Source of the DNA: an uncultured Pseudomonadota bacterium
Lineage (GTDB): Bacteria; Oederibacteriota; Muellerivitia; Muellerivitales; Muellerivitaceae
Direction of reading: 5' to 3'
Length of the DNA: 64,000 nucleotides
Assembly: GCA_963836235.1 (NCBI GenBank)
Contig: CAWIIP010000002.1
Location: 192,001-256,000, forward strand
The translations under genes and the position numbers were made by a program. This document shows, piece after piece, positions 59,025 to 64,000 of the stretch (position 1 is the stretch's first letter; the number at the start of each line of letters is the position of its first letter). Below the pieces are notes generated by a model. The model saw only the letters and a program-made list of their open reading frames with translations. It had not been told where the DNA came from and did not search any database.

Positions 59025-59525
59025 TTACCAACGGTTTCCAAAACTCTCCCCATCGGGACTCCGACGACCGCCACCATGGGAGCCATCCCCTCTATCTCTG
59101 CGGGGCCGATTCCCTGCGCCGAAATCATCCTTGCCGCCACCGAAGCCGCCTTCCCGGCGGCCTCCGCCACCGTTGCCGCCATAGCCGCCTTCGCGACGCC
59201 CCCCTCCACTACCGCCAAAACCGCCTCCGCCGCCCCGGTTACCCCGAAATCCTCCTCCACCGCCACCTTTGCGATCTTCCATGGGACGGGCTTCGTTGAC
59301 GACGATATTGCGGGAACCCACGCTGCTACCGTTGAATTTTTGAATCGCGGCCTGGGCTTCCGTGTCGGTGGCCATTTCCACAAAGCCAAAACCCTTGGAT
59401 CTTCCGGATATCTTATCCGAAATTACTTTCGCGCTTTCCACCCGCCCGCAGGCCGAGAAAAGCTCTTGTAATTGTGCGTCGGTCATCTCAAATGGAAGGC
59501 TTCCAACATATAATCGCTTGCCCAT
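59025..59525 (-). CDS. RRM RNA-binding protein with Gly/Arg-rich tail
   Basis: RNP2 LYVGSL, RNP1 KGFGFVEM, VNEARP. Confidence 0.95.
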   Translation of the reverse strand: MGKRLYVGSLPFEMTDAQLQELFSACGRVESAKVISDKISGRSKGFGFVEMATDTEAQAAIQKFNGSSVGSRNIVVNEARPMEDRKGGGGGGFRGNRGGGGGFGGSGGGRREGGYGGNGGGGRREGGFGGGKDDFGAGNRPRRDRGDGSHGGGRRSPDGESFGNRW

Positions 59526-59581
59526 CACGTCTCCTTATCATTTCAAGTTGCCGAAAATTAGTTTCAAAAGACGGGCGTCGG

Positions 59582-60418
59582 TCAAGCGGCCGTCTTTGGA
59601 TTTAAAAAACCTCTTGAAAAATCATCGTTCAAAAATTTCTGGGTAAACTCATCCATTTCAGCCATTTTTGCGTAGAACTTCTGGATAATATACTCTGTGT
59701 CCATTCCTACCTGATCTCCATAGGGTTTCAAACTTCGGATTTCCTTAACGGCTAAACGGGTGAAAAATCCCCACCACATTTTCAAGATCCATGTCTTGAA
59801 GGGGCCACAGTGGTCCATCAAGGTCTGAACTCCCAGCTTGGTTCCAGCGATATGGCGAGACTCATCCTTTAGCATCAAACGGATCATTTCCTTTCCCGTA
59901 GTGTCAACCGCTTCCAATTCGAGGGATTTTTGGAAAATGGCTCCGGCCATGGTCTCTGTAAAATAGGTCGCCAATATCCAGCGTTCCACCGGCATGGGCC
60001 CACTGGTGGACAAGAAGACAAGCCAATCAAAAGCTTTTTGCTTGGCCGGGGGCGAATTGAGTTTATAAAGATATTTTCGAAAAACAAACAAATGTTTGGC
60101 TTCATCGCAGCATTGTGTTGAGTAATAGGTAACCATTTCATTAATATTGAACATATGGGCGGCCTTATTCATCAGGCGCTGGATGATTTCGAGTCCTTGC
60201 CATTCTCCCTCATAAAAATAATGAAGGATATTAATCCACCCTTCTTTTATATTTCCCAACTCGATAGGTTGGTTCCAATTAATGGCGCCTTCCGGATCCC
60301 AATTGGCCGCGAAAGCCATGCGAGAAAGACCGTCCCAGGTTTTGGCATTAGCCTTTTCAAGAATTTCAGGTTTTGTTCCCTCGTTATTGATCACTGAAGC
60401 TTCCATAATTTGTGACAT
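59582..60418 (-). CDS. Ferritin-like diiron protein (AurF/desaturase-like)
   Basis: EGE...DEAKH and E...DESRH diiron motifs. Confidence 0.75.
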   Translation of the reverse strand: MSQIMEASVINNEGTKPEILEKANAKTWDGLSRMAFAANWDPEGAINWNQPIELGNIKEGWINILHYFYEGEWQGLEIIQRLMNKAAHMFNINEMVTYYSTQCCDEAKHLFVFRKYLYKLNSPPAKQKAFDWLVFLSTSGPMPVERWILATYFTETMAGAIFQKSLELEAVDTTGKEMIRLMLKDESRHIAGTKLGVQTLMDHCGPFKTWILKMWWGFFTRLAVKEIRSLKPYGDQVGMDTEYIIQKFYAKMAEMDEFTQKFLNDDFSRGFLNPKTAA

Positions 60419-60450
60419 AAAAACTTAACCTCTCTCTTAATTTTTTAACT

Positions 60451-61029
60451 TTACTTTGAACTTACTCGCTTCCAAACCATTTTCAGCTTCACTGGAACAG
60501 CGTCCTGAATCGGCATCGTCAAAAGGCTGGGTGGCGTTATATCGAAAGCTTTCAAGCTTATAATAATTTGGCCCGCAAGGCTGGCTTCGTCGGATTTCCA
60601 CTCCAAAACATCCATGGATATTTTGGGATATTTTACTTTTTTCCCCGCAAAACTGATTTCCAAATCCATTACTATAGTTTTAAGATTTTGGTTTGTATGG
60701 ATTTCTGCCGTTTTCGCGTTGACTTCAATCAATGGATAAAGGCCAGCTTTGGTAACCTCTAACATATGAAGATCCCGGTTGTTATCTCCAGAATCAAAGG
60801 ATTTCACGGGAACCGCCACCAAAAACTCACAATTTCGCTCATAGCATACACCTTTTCCCTTGGCGGATAAACTCTTTCCATGAACAACGTGCAAAGGGTG
60901 GGTAACCACATACGAAATCTCAGATTTTTCCAGTAACCATTGCTCTTTCGGACCTCCGGCAAAACCAAAAGCAGGAATCCACAAGGCAAAAAGATAAGCT
61001 AAGACTATTTTCATGGTTTTCCAGTTCAA
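60451..61029 (-). CDS. YceI-family lipid/polyisoprenoid-binding protein
   Basis: S.I.Y...HPLH.V.G, VPVKSFDSGDNNRDLHM, F.I.PP. Confidence 0.88.
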   Translation of the reverse strand: MNWKTMKIVLAYLFALWIPAFGFAGGPKEQWLLEKSEISYVVTHPLHVVHGKSLSAKGKGVCYERNCEFLVAVPVKSFDSGDNNRDLHMLEVTKAGLYPLIEVNAKTAEIHTNQNLKTIVMDLEISFAGKKVKYPKISMDVLEWKSDEASLAGQIIISLKAFDITPPSLLTMPIQDAVPVKLKMVWKRVSSK

Positions 61030-61634
61030 AAAGTCATAATGGTCAATGAAGCCAAATAGGAGGCCAAAAGAGTGGTGGCCATAGTCCCATGGACCACCCC
61101 AAGATTACCGATTGGTTGATGGTTAGCGATACGATCATTGACCATATCCCCCACCAACGGAACTAAAATCATCAATGGAAGATGTATCCAAGACAAGGCT
61201 TCATGGACCCCTGTGCTGCCGCTAGGCTTCAAACCCTTCGGTTTTGGAGCAAGAATTTCAAATAAAGCAGTCGTGCCATACAGAGCTACCGTCGTCAAGC
61301 CCAAGGTCGTATGCAACCTGGTATCCGTACTTCCATTCGAAACATTACCCGCCGTCGCAATCCCCAAAACGAATTCGGTAGCCATGGGTATCGCCGTAAT
61401 GAGACCCAAAGTTTGGTGGATTTTGAGCATATCAGTTCGGGTTTCCAGATCCTTTTGGAATTGAGGATCACTTTGAGTTTCTTCTTTCGAAAATCCCAAA
61501 TCCTCAATGGACATCGGTGTTTGAGAAGCAGAATCTGATATTTTTTGGGGGGAGATGATTTTTTCAGCCGCTAAAGAAGGAAGGTAACCAGTGATAAAAG
61601 CTGCGAAAAAGACTATCGAAAATTTAGGAACCAT
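61026..61634 (-). CDS. Membrane protein with four His-bearing helices (cytochrome b561-like?)
   Basis: IHQTLG, LHTTLG, VHEALSWIH, VHGTMA at the starts of hydrophobic helices. Confidence 0.55.
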   Translation of the reverse strand: MVPKFSIVFFAAFITGYLPSLAAEKIISPQKISDSASQTPMSIEDLGFSKEETQSDPQFQKDLETRTDMLKIHQTLGLITAIPMATEFVLGIATAGNVSNGSTDTRLHTTLGLTTVALYGTTALFEILAPKPKGLKPSGSTGVHEALSWIHLPLMILVPLVGDMVNDRIANHQPIGNLGVVHGTMATTLLASYLASLTIMTF

Positions 61635-61732
61635 TTTTTAAAAAAAATCCTTTGAGTAAATTCATTGAACAATATCGCCGATTTGTTTTTTAACTTCAAG
61701 ACCGAATACGGCTAAAAACCTCACTTTTAGCG

Positions 61733-62329
61733 TCAATTAACTTTTTTTCTTAAAGTTACATCATTAGTAGGAATGGAAGTATTGTCTGATTTGTCAAATT
61801 TCAATAACGATTTCTCATCCAGTGGCGCTTGAGGCAAAACTTGATATTCCCCACGCGCGAAGCGGTTGTACCTTTGAATAGCATTAAATTTCGCCGTCTG
61901 AGCTTCCGATTGAAAAAGCCCTCCAACATCAAAGGAAATCCCGCCCCCAATAGCCGTAATCCAAAAGGGTGCATATTGCTCAACAGGCGAAGTTAATAGC
62001 CCCGTAATCCCGGTCGCCACTCCCAGAAGACCAATAATCTTAAATATCTGTCCAGTCGACGCCGAACTCTCGGAACGTTTCAATAAGCGAATGGCTTCAT
62101 AATCGTTTACTGGAAAAATTATTTTTTCAAAGTCCTTATTGCCCGCTAAAAAGTTATCGTTTATGGAATAACACAATCCGCTTAAAGTCGTATAGTTTAC
62201 TTCGATAGGCTTTAACTTAACCGAACCCGATGTAGTGTTAATTGAATTTTCTTGGGCTCTTAATCCGCAAGGAATTCCCACCGCAAGAAATATCAAAAAA
62301 GTAATCGGTTTTCTTCGAACACTATTCAT
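61733..62329 (-). CDS. Exported/membrane hypothetical protein
   Basis: Signal peptide; Gly-rich hydrophobic hairpin; AIQRYN. Confidence 0.6.
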   Translation of the reverse strand: MNSVRRKPITFLIFLAVGIPCGLRAQENSINTTSGSVKLKPIEVNYTTLSGLCYSINDNFLAGNKDFEKIIFPVNDYEAIRLLKRSESSASTGQIFKIIGLLGVATGITGLLTSPVEQYAPFWITAIGGGISFDVGGLFQSEAQTAKFNAIQRYNRFARGEYQVLPQAPLDEKSLLKFDKSDNTSIPTNDVTLRKKVN

Positions 62330-62403
62330 GGTTTCTCCTAATGGTCACGACGCTAGGAGAATAACAAAGATTTAATAGGTCGTAAATATTTGTGAAAAGT
62401 CGA

Positions 62404-64000
62404 TTACCTTTGGATGAGGACTTTGGTGGTCTGTTTCTGCACGAAGGTGCCGTTGAGATCGTTCAAGTTCACCACCACGATGTAAAGGCCGCTGGATAAT
62501 CCCGACAGGTTCAGGTCCACTTCGTTCGTCCCTGGGGTTCCCGTGACCGGCTTCTTCACCAATTCTCCCGCCACGTCATACACACTCGCCGTCAACGTCA
62601 TGTCCGTCGTCGATTCCACCTTCACCTTCGTCGTGTCCGTCCCCTTCAGGATGTTCGGCGCCGCGTACACGTTCCCGTTCGTCACCGGGCTGTTCCCTCT
62701 CTGCACAATCACGCTCTTTGATACCACTTCCTCCCCACCGCTCCCATTCGTCCAGTTCACCGATATCTCATATACCCCGTTCGTCACGATCGACCCGTTA
62801 TCACTCGTTCCATCCCACACCACCGACGTCCCATTGAACGTAATCGTCACTGAATTGTCCCCGCCCGGCGTCGGCGTCCCAACCCTCGGCGCGATCATCC
62901 CCGTCGATAACGCCACCTCCCCCAAGGACACGTTCCCAGGGTCATCCGCGTAGCTATACAAATGCTTCACCACTTCTCCCGCCTCGTTGTACACATCCAC
63001 CACCACCTGCGCGATCGACCGGCTCACCGTCACCGTCTGCGATACGTTCGTCACCACTCCGCTCGGGTCCGTGCTCGTCACATTCACGTAATAAGTACCG
63101 TTACTCACCGGCGTCCCCGACTGGTTCGTCCCATCCCACGACGCGATCACCACCCCGCCCACCATCACATACGTCTTCCCTTCCAGGCTCGTGATCGTCG
63201 CTCCCGTCAGCGTGAAGCTCTTCACTTCCTGCGACAGCTCCTGCACCCAGATATCCTTCACCAGCTCTCCCGCCTCATTATACACCGCCACTTCCACCTT
63301 ATAAATCGCCGCCACCGTGATACTCACCGACGCCTTCTGCGGCACCGGGTTACCCGCGTAGGTCAATTGCGCGTTGTTCGTCAATACCGTGCCGCCCGGC
63401 AACAGATTACCCACTATTGCCTGGTACGTCAGCGTCACCGCTCCCACCGGCAAGCTCGGGAAAGTCCAGCTCAAGTTATTTCCCACCGCGCTCGTCACTC
63501 CACCCGGCGGGACCAACGCGAAGCTCGCGAAAGTCATATTCGCCGGCAGTTGGTCGCTCACCGTCACCGAACTGGCCGCCGCCTCCACCACGTTCAAGAT
63601 CAGGCTATAAGTCACCAAATCCCCCGATTGGGCCACCGTTTCCGAGGTTTTCTTCACGATGCTCACTCCTGGCGTTGGTGTGAAGGTAAAGGTCGGCGTC
63701 GGGGTGTAGCTATAGGTATAGGTAGACGTAAAGGTATAGGTCGACGTCGGGGTCGAGCTTGCCGTCGCCGTCGCTGTGTTCGTCGCCGTATTCGTCGGCG
63801 TCTTTGTGTTTGTTGGCGTTGCCGTATTCGTTACCGTCCACGATGGCGTGAAAGTATAGGTATTCGTGAATGTCGCGGTGTTCGTAGGCGTATTGGTCGC
63901 AGTGAAGGTATTCGTAGCGGTCGCTGTGGGCGTATTCGTCTTCGTGTTCGTGGCCGTATAGCTATTCGTCGGCGTATCCGTATTCGTGGGCGTATTCGTT
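62404..64000 (-). CDS. C-terminal part of a large secreted protein: Thr-rich linker, DUF11, two FlgD-Ig domains and CTD (5' end outside the window)
   Basis: Frame stays open as Thr-rich repeats to the edge; K..S...AQSGDLVTY.L...V.D.LP (DUF11); VYNEAGE.V and WDGT twice; LSSGLY...TTKVLIQR. Confidence 0.85.
   Translation of the reverse strand, partial: TNTPTNTDTPTNSYTATNTKTNTPTATATNTFTATNTPTNTATFTNTYTFTPSWTVTNTATPTNTKTPTNTATNTATATASSTPTSTYTFTSTYTYSYTPTPTFTFTPTPGVSIVKKTSETVAQSGDLVTYSLILNVVEAAASSVTVSDQLPANMTFASFALVPPGGVTSAVGNNLSWTFPSLPVGAVTLTYQAIVGNLLPGGTVLTNNAQLTYAGNPVPQKASVSITVAAIYKVEVAVYNEAGELVKDIWVQELSQEVKSFTLTGATITSLEGKTYVMVGGVVIASWDGTNQSGTPVSNGTYYVNVTSTDPSGVVTNVSQTVTVSRSIAQVVVDVYNEAGEVVKHLYSYADDPGNVSLGEVALSTGMIAPRVGTPTPGGDNSVTITFNGTSVVWDGTSDNGSIVTNGVYEISVNWTNGSGGEEVVSKSVIVQRGNSPVTNGNVYAAPNILKGTDTTKVKVESTTDMTLTASVYDVAGELVKKPVTGTPGTNEVDLNLSGLSSGLYIVVVNLNDLNGTFVQKQTTKVLIQR

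Noticed and set aside
59021-59471. Alternative-frame ORFs over the RRM gene
   Set aside because: By-products of GC-rich Gly codon repeats

Overview
Bacterial chromosomal window, probably from a poorly characterised diderm lineage (inference; the Thr/Pro-linker secretome is reminiscent of FCPU426-like candidate phyla). Bases 1-7300 form an accessory island of two tandem units with the layout [structured non-coding element A -> spoVG-like gene -> terminator <- toxin-antitoxin (TA) cassettes plus orphan antitoxin-like micro-genes <- small genes <- structured non-coding element B]. It holds three SpoVG-like genes, two families of hairpin-rich leaders that appear to fold best on the template strand, and three TA cassettes. 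One cassette is bracketed by a ~70-bp direct repeat of the spoVG 3' end. An IS1380-family element follows (8526-10232), next to a truncated GH5-like gene start. The region 11-30 kb holds secreted proteins with long Thr/Ser/Pro linkers and T9SS-CTD-like C-termini, glycosyltransferases, serC and a TupA-like ATP-grasp gene. The region 30-64 kb is mostly housekeeping: ychF, an ECF sigma/anti-sigma/Spy triad, pepA, UDG, serA, tRNA-Leu-tig-clpP-clpX, glpD, trxB, rnj, an RRM protein and a diiron/YceI cluster. It ends in another CTD-bearing large protein cut by the window edge. All calls are by-eye motif recognition; no searches were run.
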